Assembly (NCBI RefSeq): GCF_000281045.1
Contig: NW_008246093.1
Span: forward strand, 129,776 to 171,559
Source: Saprolegnia diclina VS20
Taxonomy: Eukaryota
Direction of reading: 5' to 3'
Length of the DNA: 41,784 nt
Of this stretch, positions 21,901 to 32,876 are shown piece after piece. The position numbers were made by a program, and so were the translations under genes. Each line of letters begins with the position of its first letter. Within the stretch, counting starts at the first letter, position 1. A model generated the notes under the pieces. That model was given only the letters and a program-made list of their open reading frames with translations, searched no databases and was not told where the DNA came from.

Positions 21901-24406
21901 CCTTGTCGAGGCACCACATGGCATCCGACGTTGTGCGCGACACGAGAAAGCTGTCGGCGGCACCCGAGAGCTCGAGCGGCGCTTGCGAGAGAAACGCCGG
22001 CGCAATCTTTGTCTCGCTCTGCCATCCGTTGGTGCGAATGTAGTTGACGATCGACATGGCCATGGCGACGACGACCGCACCGAGTTGAATCCCCAATAAC
22101 ACGAGAAGGCGGTCCAAGGAGCCAATGCGGACGGCGCCGCTTTCGCAGCTCAACGCAAAGTCGACGTTGGTCGCTTGACACGAGCGGGAGAGCGTGCCCG
22201 TCATGCGCAGAGGCAGCGCGAGCTCGAGGACGACATAAATGAGCCACACGAACGCGCAGCTCATGGGCGCGTAGACCGCCGCGAGTTTGCTTGCGATCAA
22301 CAGAAACACGTCGTTGAGGACATAGGTGACCCACGTCGCTTCCCCTGCCAGAATGGCCGCGACAAGAAACGACCGCGGCGACGACACAAACGACGTGTAG
22401 CCGTGCTCGAGCACAATGTCGGTCGGCGCGGTGCTCAGCAGCAGCAAGGCCGTGCCGCCGCGCACCAAAAGCAATGGCCGGCCGATCCAAACCGCGCCGA
22501 CCACGCGGTTGAACCGATACAAGTTCATACTGCGGACATGGAGCTGAATTCCAAACGCACGCCACCAGCAGAGCGCTGCGACGACCAGAAGCATCAACGA
22601 CGTGTAAACGACGACGTACCAAATGCCTTCGGTCGCGTGCTGGACGTTTTGGCTACCGCCACTGGTCGAGTAGAGGTCGCCACTGTACGCCGCCGAGACG
22701 AGCACGACGGTCGACGTGTCGCCTTGGAACGACACAACCTCGCGTGACCCTTCGACCCAGTCGTAGAGTGCGCGCCACCCAAAGAACGGCCAGCCAGCGC
22801 TCCCGCCTTGGTCGAGGAGGCCATACCGAAGCAGCTTGAAGACACCGGCATCGGATGCAAATTGCATGTAGCCGACACCGGTCGCGGTGACGTCGGCGGC
22901 GACCGTCGCTACGCTTTCGGCTTTGGGCAGCGACTGTACGATCGCGATGGCGGCGCCGAGCGCCGTCGCACACTGCGGCGACGACTGCAACGCGCAGGGT
23001 GCGGCCACCGATGCGAGTTGGGACGCATACGCCGCAAACAGCATCGGTAGCGCCTCGGACGTCATGGCTAACGGCACGCTCTGCGAGCACGCGTCATGAA
23101 ACTCGAACGACTCTTGCACAAAAGTCTTGCCGGCGCCCGTGTAGCAGGTGGGGTTGCCGCCGTGAAAGACGCGCCCGGGGGCGACCCATGTTGGCGGCAC
23201 CGGGTGCAGCACGACACTCGGAAGCGCTTCGATCGAATGAGCCAAGGACGACGTCATTTCGTCTTGCAGCGCTGCGTGAAAGCCCAAATACAGTTGAATT
23301 AGGGACGGTGGCGGCGCAATGTAGTACGTGTCGATACTCGGCATGGGGCCAATCTCAAACCGCAGGACGTCGCATGGACCCGTGGGCGCGAGGAACCCAG
23401 ACCACGCTTGCAAGTCGATCGCGCGCAAACTCGACGAGAGATTCGCGTTAAAGTAGTTGGACGTACCCGCGATCGCACTGCGATTGAGCGTTGCGAGCAC
23501 CCAGAGGTCGTTGTACGGCAGCCAGTTCATGACGAGTGTCGTCCACGGTCCGGTGGCGCGGGCGACGCTTTTCACCGAGTATGCTTGCTGCCACCCGAGC
23601 GCATTCTCGATCGTCATAGACTCCGAGACACCCGTGGTCCACCGGTTTTGCCACTGCAACTCAAACCGTGTGAGGCCACTGGCTTTCCAATATGCAATTT
23701 CATCCGAGAGGGTAGTCGTGTTGAACGCCGTCGATGTCGTCTGGAGCCACTGCTGCCCGGCCGGTGACTCGGTCAAGCCCGACTGGATCGCAATCGCAAA
23801 GTAGTTGCCCCACGCAGTTTGAAACAAGTGCCACTCGAGGTTGCGTAAGATCGACTCGTAGTAGACAGCGCCGTTCGCTGCGTACTGGGCCACGCACCGC
23901 GCTTGGCGCGCGCTCGTGTGGGCGACGTGGAAGCGCCGCGCAAAGTCGACAAAGCACAGCTGCGTGCTCAAGCGCATGCTCCACGACGCACTGAGCGTCC
24001 GGAGCCCCGCAACCGCCTCTTCAATCGACGTGCGCTCCGAGAGCACGAGCCGCCGCGCATACGTCGGGTGGACGCGCGTGAACGACGGCGTGACGTTGTA
24101 CGTCTTGGGCATGGACGCTGCGAGAAGGTCGAGGACGCCGCTGCCACGGGTCACGAGCGCCGCGTTCGCAATGTCAATCAACAGCGCTTGATGGCCGCTG
24201 AGATTATACGACGCCCACCACAAGTCGTTGGCGAACGACGGGTCGAGAAGCCAGAGGTAGTAGGCACCAAGACCAATCGAACCGAGAATGTACGTGAGAC
24301 CAAGCAAGGCCGGGAGCTTGGGCGGTGGCGTGAGGGTGTCGAGGTGCGGCCCCAACTGTTGCACCATCACCTTGGCTCGCGGCAAACCCGGCTCGTCGCT
24401 CGTCAT
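18971..24406 (-). CDS. Giant intronless multi-pass membrane protein (~1811 aa) built from two homologous halves; uncharacterised oomycete family
   Basis: Long open frame with coding bias from ATG 24406; paired motifs NDLWW/NDLGW, TQxCFVDF, NGAVYxESILRN, QWQN, FFGW...REVVSFQGD, WxGRPLLLVRG, DLKLW/DIKVW; multiple hydrophobic segments in each half. Confidence 0.9.
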   Translation of the reverse strand: MTSDEPGLPRAKVMVQQLGPHLDTLTPPPKLPALLGLTYILGSIGLGAYYLWLLDPSFANDLWWASYNLSGHQALLIDIANAALVTRGSGVLDLLAASMPKTYNVTPSFTRVHPTYARRLVLSERTSIEEAVAGLRTLSASWSMRLSTQLCFVDFARRFHVAHTSARQARCVAQYAANGAVYYESILRNLEWHLFQTAWGNYFAIAIQSGLTESPAGQQWLQTTSTAFNTTTLSDEIAYWKASGLTRFELQWQNRWTTGVSESMTIENALGWQQAYSVKSVARATGPWTTLVMNWLPYNDLWVLATLNRSAIAGTSNYFNANLSSSLRAIDLQAWSGFLAPTGPCDVLRFEIGPMPSIDTYYIAPPPSLIQLYLGFHAALQDEMTSSLAHSIEALPSVVLHPVPPTWVAPGRVFHGGNPTCYTGAGKTFVQESFEFHDACSQSVPLAMTSEALPMLFAAYASQLASVAAPCALQSSPQCATALGAAIAIVQSLPKAESVATVAADVTATGVGYMQFASDAGVFKLLRYGLLDQGGSAGWPFFGWRALYDWVEGSREVVSFQGDTSTVVLVSAAYSGDLYSTSGGSQNVQHATEGIWYVVVYTSLMLLVVAALCWWRAFGIQLHVRSMNLYRFNRVVGAVWIGRPLLLVRGGTALLLLSTAPTDIVLEHGYTSFVSSPRSFLVAAILAGEATWVTYVLNDVFLLIASKLAAVYAPMSCAFVWLIYVVLELALPLRMTGTLSRSCQATNVDFALSCESGAVRIGSLDRLLVLLGIQLGAVVVAMAMSIVNYIRTNGWQSETKIAPAFLSQAPLELSGAADSFLVSRTTSDAMWCLDKVTAIMCGLYGYARLGREKTFDLKLWVILDDLNPASTEKLFRAPQLSLAPPALYTSPLTELDTSMTQTKPVTDSALVAKSSTLERDNLFSFLQRALNERVVAVVGVLFVVASMAGSVSYISVAQVNLANDLGWASFNMTGAHAFLANWFNEQLVLGANSVASSFRLDSGGVAATTFYGLSTAAVVSPANFGARLQYTELQTEIAATIAALRSNDGCDAPWIFTQYCFVDFEKTWSMATSVARQQRCTSMTKNGAVYLESILRNVEWTSFRDCWGDAFDLAIGDALLTTKEGQSWLATTASRPQGSVADEAFYWAKHGITSYTTQWQNYKKIGLINSYEITNALGVSYPFTLQYLNGSMQVDFQSTFKMYWSLAIDWTLVQHNTSLLAGKSWVVGSSLYAFANHSMQDALAENGTITLPLNNVFTAATTTLGPFGSVDMMYIAPPATVLDDVRVLLSAIRGALAASATAQSDFNTILPIDAVRPVPQAWAALNLQSFGGSILCPQTGDSGDQRIVAGLINLFSYSIACSSNGIYTQVQPSREFIVLSTLLANVDSSADMPAICAQDLGHNAHCEKYLASSVAFVSTHVTSLDMNAISRRSIQQIQALNIELMQYVGDNKSASMRVLHRNILDANDPNFYFFGWWYLCDWLFGTREVVSFQGDGQTLNLLSEYLAPFSQDVVSWQFPTTLANYARSGALYVTVVMITISSLVFVYFVLSRGRIEGYNMMELSRVGAIVWVGRPLLLVRGLTAIAVLSTATLELQRSGSLSYFLSPTLSWVKTLLAAAEVTWLVAVVNDIGLIATHGFAFYYATPNSILAWTTVFILTRVAPVTHAASMAKVCAIVRVDYQVVCSSATIVIGDLVRLVALIGIVLCANITSYAIIRRVCNAPKPTQDSLFLSAGAKFLFTDDHWVHDGVYYLDRASAALNGILTFRRGRVIYALDIKVWRIFAIALPEKRTEPTDRRLALAAQYALPLTD

Positions 24407-25446
24407 GGCAGTGCAGTGCAGCGGCGACTGGATGTCCTTTCTGACGTGAAAACGGTTGAAGAGTGGCTGCGCGAAACCATTGCAACTGACGCAGCAGGTT
24501 ATAAAAGGGTCGACCGTTCCGAACCGCTCGATGGTCCCAACCGCCCAATGCTCGTAACCGCTGCGTTGCCGTTCGGCATGCCAGCTCCAGGCATCCAGAA
24601 GGCCGTGCGTCACCAAGGAAAAGGTGTCGTCGGCACCACGAGCATAGCCAAAGCGTGGCGCAGACGCAAGAAATTTGGTCAATGCGACCAAAGCATCTAC
24701 CGGTACCGGCAGTCGTAGCAGGGCGGGTGTTGGGCCCGCGGACTGGCAGACCAGACGTTGAGACCTTCGACGCCGCGCCGACGGTCGCCAATTGTTGGGC
24801 TTATCTAGCACCGACGCTGCTGTCGCTGTGCTTGGATCGGTGGTGCACGTGGAGCAGTTGCCGCGCAAAGCGAAGCCGGCTGCGAGTGTTCTTGGCACAA
24901 GGCCTATCACCTTTCAAGATGATCCAGATGTGCGCTGTCGTCTTATAGGTGCCGATGACACGGTCGCATCATGCGTTGCCGCGGAGGAGGCGCGGTTCCC
25001 CGTGCCATGACGACAGGGTCGACAGCGCCGCAAAGCAAAGCAAAACAAAACAAAAATCTGAAGCTCTTTCGCACCAGTCCATCGAGCCGGGACGCGAATA
25101 CGGTCTAAACTAATCCAACGACAGCGACATGCGGCGTGTGACGTCGTATTTTTTGCATACGGTCCAGGGAAGTTGCCTTCTGGTGCAGCGCACGCTGTTG
25201 AGATTGTCGCTCAAACTCGCGCCGCGCGTCTATGCGCACTGCTACAATGTCCGAAATAAGACGCATCTTTGGCCGCTTCCTGCCTCCATGCACGTCGGCG
25301 CGCCGATAGACGAGCGTGAAACGCGGGTGGGCGATCCGCAAGCAACGATGCAGTCACGCAACCAACTGGTGCCATCGTTACTCACGCTCACATCGCGCGG
25401 GCGACTGTTGAGCCGACACTCCGATATCCATCCCAAGCAGCAGAGC

Positions 25447-27701
25447 ATGACGAAGCGGCAGTACCCGCTTCCGGCCGACTACTTTCGGTGCCCGGCCTTG
25501 ACAAACGACGAGCGCGCGTACTTTATCCAGCTCGGCGACAAGACGTTCCACACGTTCCTCGAGAAGACGGTAACCAAGCCGGACCCGAGCCTCGAGTGGC
25601 GCTCGGCCGGGCGCCAGCACGGCGTCAAGCTCCTCGAAGCCCACAGCACGAGCGGCCACCGCCTCGACCAAGGTGCGCGGCTTCGAATTTTCTATTTATA
25701 GCGTAGAAAGGGCAATCTCAAAATTCGAACGCGCTAGGCATCTTGCCCTTTCGTGCAATCGCCAAGGTCACGGGGACGATCGAAGAGGTCGCGGCGCTGC
25801 ACGACTTTGACACGCGCGACAAGTGCCTCACGTACATGAACCAGTACGACTCGATGGGCGACGTCCTCGACATGATTCCGCTCTACACGTTCATCGAGCG
25901 GTCGGCGGACCTCCCGTCGCTCCATCAAGTGTACGTCAAGTGGGTTGCGTGCGCGAGTCCCGTGCCCATGATCCACGACCGCGACTACCTCTACATTGAG
26001 ACACAAAACGAGTTTATTCTCGAGTCGGGCCAGCGTGGCTGGGCGTACTGCCAGCACTCGATCACACTGCCGTCCGTGCCGCCACTGCGCAACCATACGG
26101 GCCTCAACCTCGTGCGCGGCTCGCTCTACCACACGGGCTGCGTCTTTCTCGAGTCCGAGACGCCTGGCGTCTTGGAGGTGACGTACCACATTGCGTCCGA
26201 CTTCAAGGGCGCGATGCCGCAGTGGGTCCGCCGCCTCGGGCTCAAGCGGCGCGCGACCAACGTCGCCAAGGTCAACGATTTCATCCACGAACAGCGCCTC
26301 AGCGCGTGTCGCATGCGCACGCAGCTCGAGTGCCGGCCGACGCTTCACTCCAAGCACTGCCACCTCTGCGACCGATCGTTCGCGCTCCGCCGGCCACGCA
26401 ACTGCCACGCATGCGGCGAAGTCGTGTGCTCACGCTGCTCGAAACCGTGGCGGCTCACCGGCATCTTTCGGCTTGGGCCCGCGACCGTGTGCGTCTGCCA
26501 CGCGTGCTCGTCGGCGGTCCGGGACGGCACGTCGCTGCACTTTAGCGCCTCTGACGGCGATGCGATTGCCGAAGCACGCGACGAAGATGACAACGAGATC
26601 GACGACGAGGATCGGCCGTCGATCATCATCATTGCGTCCGAGCCGCCGCCGCGCCGGTCGTCCATGAGCCGGCACTCGAGCTTTTCGCGGGCGCGGCCGT
26701 CGATCCAGCCGTCGCGCAAGCCATCGCGACGCAACTCGATCAAGGGAATCTTCCGCCCGTCGACGTCGACCATCTCGTACGTCTCGTCGTCCAACGAGCC
26801 GACGCCGTATGTGAGCAAGATGCACCAAGATTTTCTCGACGTCGCGTCGACGACCGAGACGGTCGACCTCACGCGGCTTCAAAAGCAGCTGCAAACCAAG
26901 CACGAGCACGACGCACTGGAAGCCATGTACCGCCGCATGACGCCAGGCCTTGATCGGTTCGTGCACGTTGACACGGGCAGCGACGTCGACTATGTGCCCG
27001 AGACGAAAGAAATCGACGACGACCACCGCCACTCGTCGCCATCGACCGTCGATTTGAGCTACCTCAACGAGATCTACCGCCACACACTCTCATCGTCGTC
27101 GCACGCCGACAGCGACCCGCGCTACTCGTACTGGGAGAGCGAGCCGCCGCTTCTCGACTACCGCAAGTCGCGTGTCTCCGAGTACGACCCGTCGCGCCGC
27201 AGCGCCTACGACGAACTCAACGCCCTCGTCGACGACGTGGAAGAGTCCAAGGAAGACGCAGGCAATGGCTTCCGCGTCCACGCGCCACCGGGCACCACCA
27301 TGTACCCGCTGCCGACCAAGGCAGCACCCGAAACACCAGGTGTGCCAGCTCCAAAGGGCGCGACGCTCTATACGATGCACCCGCGCCACGACAGCTACGG
27401 TTTTGCGACGCCCTTTACGATCGCCGAAGAGGCGTTGGACTCGCTCAAGTCGTCGACCGTCGTCAAGCCGTACGAGCTCGACGGGCTCGAGCTCACGGAC
27501 GAGTCTGCACTCTCGAGCCTCAACACGAGCCGGTCGTACCAAGAGAGCGTGCTGCAGCAGGCAGTCGACGATGCCGATCTGCCGCCGCCGCCGACCGCCG
27601 ACCACGGATTTGCGTACAAGCCGATCGCGTCCAACCACGAAGGTGTCCGACGACTCCTCGCCGAGCTCGCCAAACAGCAGCAGCAACAACAACCGTACTA
27701 G
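25447..27701 (+). CDS. START-like lipid-binding domain + FYVE-type zinc finger protein with long disordered C-terminus (intron 25673-25737)
   Basis: YPLPADYFRCPALT N-terminus; RDYLYIE, RGWAYCQHSITLP, VRGSLYHTG, DFKG; CHLC...CHACGEVVCSRC...CHAC; the phase-1 intron joins the two ORFs in frame. Confidence 0.9.
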
Positions 27702-27896
27702 ACTCGTGTAATTTAACCACCCAATCGCAAACCCACTGGACGATCGCGAGTCCCGTACCCTAACCCTATGTCTTTTCGAAACAATCTCATACGACAGCGC
27801 TACGCCCTCCGAGCTTTTGTGCGGACTCGTAGGACGAGACAGTAGTACAATAGCACAGTTCAAAGATATATGTCGAACAAGAGGACGACGAGGGTC

Positions 27897-29695
27897 TCAC
27901 GCGACGACGTCGTGCACGTCGGTCGGGTGCAGTGTCTCGTGGGTGCGGACTTGAGCATCGGTAGCAAGCACGACCCAGTCGACGTGATACAGCCAGTAGA
28001 CACCATAGACTGCACAGCAGAGAAAGGCCACCGACATACCGATCCAAAGCCCAACAATGCCGTTTGCATTCACATATGCGAGCGCGACACCGAGCGGGAG
28101 ACCAACCCCAATGTAGGCGACGCCATTGAGCACAGCACCTACACGTGCTATAAGATCTCAATGCAGTAGATACGCAGGACAGACCCCGGGACTGCTGGCC
28201 CGTGCCGCGGAAGATGCCGAGGATCGCAGCGTAGACGCCACAGGCCGCCTGAAACGGCGCACACACCAAAAGAAGCTGCGACGTCAAGTAGACAACGGCG
28301 AGGTCGTTCGTGTACGTATACGGGTACGAGAGGCGCAGCCAGACCATGACGAACGCCGCGCCGAGGCCCAGCGTCCCGCAGATACCGACCGTCTCCCACG
28401 CAACGACCTTGGCGCGCACCGGGTCGTTCGCTCTAACGTCCGAGTCAATTCCCACTCGTCCTATAGTTGACAAGCAAGAGTACCCGAGCGCGTTTCCAAC
28501 GCGGATCGACCCCGCGACCCCGATCGGGCCGTAGACCATGTAGAAGAAGCCGCGAAACGAATGCATGCACGCGTCGGCGCTGATCGCGGTCTCGCCGTGC
28601 GGCAAGTTGCCTAGAATAAGAAACGTAGCGTCCGAGTTGGATCTTATCGCGATCTAGGTACCCGCGATAATGGACGTGAGCGCGATGCCCCAGAGCTCAA
28701 ACCCGTGCATGGCCGCGCCGGCGATCCCAAGGGAAAGCACTTCGGGCACCAGCGCCATGGCCGCCTCGAGGTCCCAGCCGCGCCACTCGGTCTTGTACAA
28801 TGACGTGCGCATCATGTAGGGCAAGAGCAGCAGCGGCGAGAGGAGGCCCATGATGCTAGCTCCCACGGCGCGGCCGAGGTACCCGAGCGACGTGTGAAAC
28901 ATGAGCACGTAGTTGATGCTGAGGTTCAGGGGTACACACACAAAGGACACGAGCGTGAGTGGCGCAACAATGGTTTGGCCTACTCCATAGTACACCTGGT
29001 ACAGGAATCGACGCAGATAAACGGACCTTGGAGCACACGGCGCAAGAGGTCGTAGAAAAGACAGAACGGGGGCGCCGGCAACATGATGGTCACAAGGTTT
29101 GAAGCGAGGTCCGCGACTTCGTCCGACTGCCCGAGCAGCAAGAGGCAGTCTTTGGCGAAAAAGCCAAGTGCGAGCATCGGCGTGAGGAGAATCATACCCT
29201 AGTACACCGATGATGCAGGAGGACGCAAACGGAAGCATGACGCACCGCGAGCAAGCCGGCCTGGAAGACGAGGCCCATGTCCTGCGACTGACCGGCGCCG
29301 TACGACTGCGAGCAGAGCGTGTCCATGGCGGCGCCCGTGCCCCAGATAACCGTCCATGACGTCAAAACGAGAAAGGTCGTGGCCATCGCGATCGCTGAAA
29401 TGTACGATTTGCTGTACTCGCTGCTGAGGTGGCCCATCATCATGATGGGCACAACACCAGCGACATGGTCGAGCGCCGAGCTAAGGACCTACGCCATGGC
29501 GGTGCTGTTGGAGTGCACCGTATCGATAAAGACTAGGCGTACGAGAGGCAGCGCCAGCAGCAGGAGCGACTGGGCCTCGTGTAGGTAGGTCCGCGCCGGC
29601 TTGGCAACCTTGGATTGGTCGAGCAGCGGGCTTGCCTCGTCGAGCGAGCGCACCTTGGCGTCATGGCCCGCGAAGAAGCTCATGAAGAACGACAT
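27897..29695 (-). CDS. MATE family (multidrug and toxic compound extrusion) transporter; multi-exon
   Basis: LLLLALPL, MGHL, GTGAAMDTLCSQSYGAGQ, LLLLGQ, FELWG, SIRVGNALGAND, GIFRGTGQQ, YIGVGLPLG, GIVGLWIG, DW in successive exons. Confidence 0.92.
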
Positions 29696-29754
29696 GGAAG
29701 TCGCAAGTGGTCACGATGGAAGATCGCAACTTGGCGTTCGAAAGATTCCGCCGT

Positions 29755-29845
29755 CTGTTATTGGCTGTTTCAAAATCATTTTGACCAATTAAAATACGAA
29801 ACGCATTTGATTGGTGGAGCGCACTTGATTTTGCCCAATAAGCAG
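29755..29845. promoter_or_regulatory. Cluster of CCAAT boxes upstream of the MATE gene
   Basis: ATTGG, CCAAT, GATTGG and CCAAT within 90 nt, 60-150 nt upstream of ATG 29695. Confidence 0.5.
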
Positions 29846-30146
29846 CCCACAAGCCTGGTTGAAGTGATGTCCGCGTCAGTCATCGTCGTCCTCGGCTGAA
29901 GTCCTGTGACGTAGCATCAATAGCTACTCGCTCCGTGGACTGAAAAGACTACCAACGGGTACTGGAGTCTTCGTAGTAAAACCTCATCACGAGGCTAGTT
30001 GTGGACAATTGACGCCTTTCGCTCGTCGTTCGCCCTTTGCGATAGCTCAATCGTAGTCCATTGATATAACCCTAGTCTTTTGGCGTTTACGTGCAAGACT
30101 CAAACAAATGTCGACCAACGATCCGTTAGGGAAGACATCCGATTGC

Positions 30147-30480
30147 CTAGCACGCCGGCTTGGGAAGATGCGGCGCTATAAGTCCTTGGCGTACGAGAGG
30201 CGGGAGAAGATGACAGTAGAAACAGAATCCTTGCCGCACTCGATCGGGCTGATCGTGGACAGGTTCTCCGACTCGAGAATCGCATAGTCGTAGGTCAGCG
30301 TGGTGGAGTCAAACTTGGGTGCGTGACGGCCTTCTTGATCTTGCTGGCCTCGCCGTGCGCAACGCCGCTGCGAACGTGGGTCCGATGCTTTTGGTTTGCG
30401 TTGTGCTGTCCCTTGATGAGTGCGATGGGCGCCGTCGATGCGGTGACCAGCCGCAGCTCTGCGTGGGCACCGCAGCTGCA
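30147..30480 (-). pseudogene. Heavily deleted GIP-like trypsin homologue (fourth copy)
   Basis: Minus strand gives APIALIKGQH, GEASKIKKAVTHPKFDSTTLTYDYAILESENLSTISPIE joined directly to CG...IFSRLSYAKD, then with a frameshift IAPHLPKPAC-TAG; ctagcacgccggcttgggaagat is identical to the 3' end of gene 2 (1625-1647). Confidence 0.88.
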
Positions 30481-30764
30481 AATAGGCGGAATTTTCCCGA
30501 GCGTCCACGTGCTGGGTTGCGCTGCTCGATTCACCAAATTCCAAAAAGAATATTATCCCATTGCCCCTCGTACCACGTGTCGACAAGACGAGTAGCAGTG
30601 CTGGTAGTAGAATGGTTTCGTCGGCTCTTGCCACGTTGCCACGAGTATCCGGATAAGCGTGTGTCAATGACGTGTATCCGGCTCCAGCTGGCGCGAATTT
30701 CAAATTGCGTAGAGTTGCGACAGCGGCCGTCTTCGTTGGTGTGTCAAGCAAGACGAAGTCGGCC

Positions 30765-31835
30765 ATGGCGCTCGCGATCGAACTCGGCAAAGACTATTAC
30801 ACGACTGGTGACGCGCTCTCTGGCCACGTCCACGTCGCATCCGTCCCCGACGACGCGCCCTTCGGTGCTGATGGCTTGGCACGACAACACTTCTCACGCG
30901 GTGTTGTAGCGCTCGTGGTGACGCTGCGCGGTAAGGAAAAGGTCGTCGTTGCAAGCCATCCCGCGGGGGCCAAGGCGTTGCCCCCGACAACACACCGCCA
31001 TGCGTTCTTCGAAGACACGGTGCAAGCATGCGCGTGGTGTGTGTCATCTCATCGCGTTCCTGTAGCTGCTGCACACGGCGATCACGACGGCGCCAACGTC
31101 GTTTGGCTTTGATTTCGAGTGGCCCGAGGAGCTCCCAGGCTCATACGAGAACGTCCGACACGCGGCACTGCAGGCCAAGATCCAGTACAAACTCTGCGCG
31201 CGGTTAATGCGCGGCGACGCGACGATCGCGTCGGTGACGCGCCCGATCCTTCTGTACGGCACCACGTCGTATGTCGCCAAGCCGTTTTCAGAAAACCAGT
31301 CGCAGAAAATACTCTTCCTCAAGTGCCTCAGCCAAGGCCGCTGCTCGGTGGAAATGACTCTCGACAAGAACGTCTATGCGATTGGCGACTCGATCCAGGT
31401 AGTATTTTTGGTTGGATCCAAGTTGGATACAGACGTGGATGTTAGATCACGGCCGACATTCAAAACACGTCCCGACGCCGCGTCAAGTGCATTCGATACG
31501 TCTGCACTCAAGACGTCCATGTGCAATGTGGCCCGTCGACGCGGATCTTTTCGTCCGACGTTGGCCACGACACGCGCGGCGGCCTCGCGCCCTACAAGAG
31601 CGTTCTGCGCATCGACATGTGTGACGCGCTGCGCAACCAACTGTACCCGAGCACACGGGGTACGCTCTTGCGGGTCGAGTATGCACTGCGCATCATTGTC
31701 GAGATCCCGTCGTGCCCCAACGTCGAGCTCATGCTCCCGCTCATCGTGGGGCCGCCCAAAGCGTCGTCGATCTTTGCGCCGCCACCGACGCCACTGCATC
31801 GTCGCAAGGGGTTTAGCACGGAAGATAGCGTATAA
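30765..31835 (+). CDS. Arrestin N/C domain protein (alpha-arrestin-like); multi-exon
   Basis: IELGKDYYTTGDALSGHV, LRGKEKV, FGFDFEWPEELPGSYE, AKIQYKL, LDKNVYAIGDSIQ, PSTRGTLLRVEYAL, LPLIV. Confidence 0.82.
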
Positions 31836-32876
31836 CACACAACCCTACGACTCGAAATACAGTAGGTATGCATTATGGAAAATGGACGAATTGTCTCGTT
31901 CTTTCTCACCAAGGAGCCATCTACGAGATAACAAAGTACTAGGAAACAAGGGGTGAGATCGGTTGGCAGTACGATGATGTTGAAATAGGTCCTCTACTCA
32001 ATAGATAACATTACGCCCCATAAATTTGTTGGACTTATTTCGTTGTGTGCACTGAGGACCTGATCGAGGCAGGCAGAGACAGGAGCGCGATCCGCGGGAC
32101 AATGTGCGGGCGCTGTGTTGGGCGACGAGCCGGAAAGCCGAACGGTTGGCAATGTCGATCAAGCTGCGATGGGGCAACTTGCACAGACTGTGGTAGCGGG
32201 CGCTTTCGCAAACCCCGCCTCGTCACAGGCTCTCGTGCTCGTGGCTGTCGGGTATCTACTCTACAGACTCTCGTGGAAGTGTTGAGATTCAAGGTCACCG
32301 AGGCCACCACTCCCGTACACTCTCGTCCAATGTACAATGTACATGTAGTGTACTCGTGTTGAAGCTGGCGTTGGTATTGTTGTACTACAGTATGTTGGCA
32401 GCCGTCCTGTCGAAAAGCGAGCGCTCTTGTCCGGGGTGCACCAGCGCAATCGCACAGCTCTCGCCAGCTTCCTACTCGAGAGACAGGAAGTAGGTTGGTC
32501 GCTCCCAGCATACTAATATCGAGGCCGTGGCCAGCCATTCTTGGTGGCCTGGGCTGCGACGAGACTGGCGATCCTCGTCTCCGAATGCGCATTCGCGCTC
32601 CCAACGTGCCACGTGGACGCATGACCCAGGTTCGGTGGTGTGGGTTTTTCCGGATAGACATCGCGTGAAACCGTTTAACGCGCATTTATCCGGCCGAATC
32701 CGGAAAACGATGCGTATCGATCGGTTTTACGAAGCCACATGGTCCGCACTTCAAGTCAATCGAAGGCGGCATTTGGATTGGTGCATTAAAGCCGCATTTC
32801 AGCCAATCCGCGACGGCGTCTGCGAGCACTGTGGCCGGCAACCTGTCATATCGCCGCTTGTAGCATCAGCAGCACC

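Noticed and set aside
20687..22099. 470-aa plus-strand ORF, and similar long antisense ORFs such as 8704-9864, 52-630 and 40686-41456
   Set aside because: Antisense shadows of real genes caused by high GC3 codon bias; low-complexity R/V/G/A composition with no motifs
27756..27769. Telomere-like ACCCTAACCCTA
   Set aside because: Fewer than two full units; expected by chance, with no link to the Rap1 gene
29943..30081. AAAAGACTA...TAGTCTTTT inverted repeat as a possible MITE
   Set aside because: Only 9 bp, no evident target-site duplication and no second copy in the window
30176..30790. 204-aa minus-strand ORF
   Set aside because: Chimera of the antisense arrestin 5' region and the trypsin-like pseudogene remnant
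32045..32362. Cys-rich 105-aa ORF and an overlapping short hydrophobic ORF
   Set aside because: Non-ATG or very short, with no recognisable domain or coding bias
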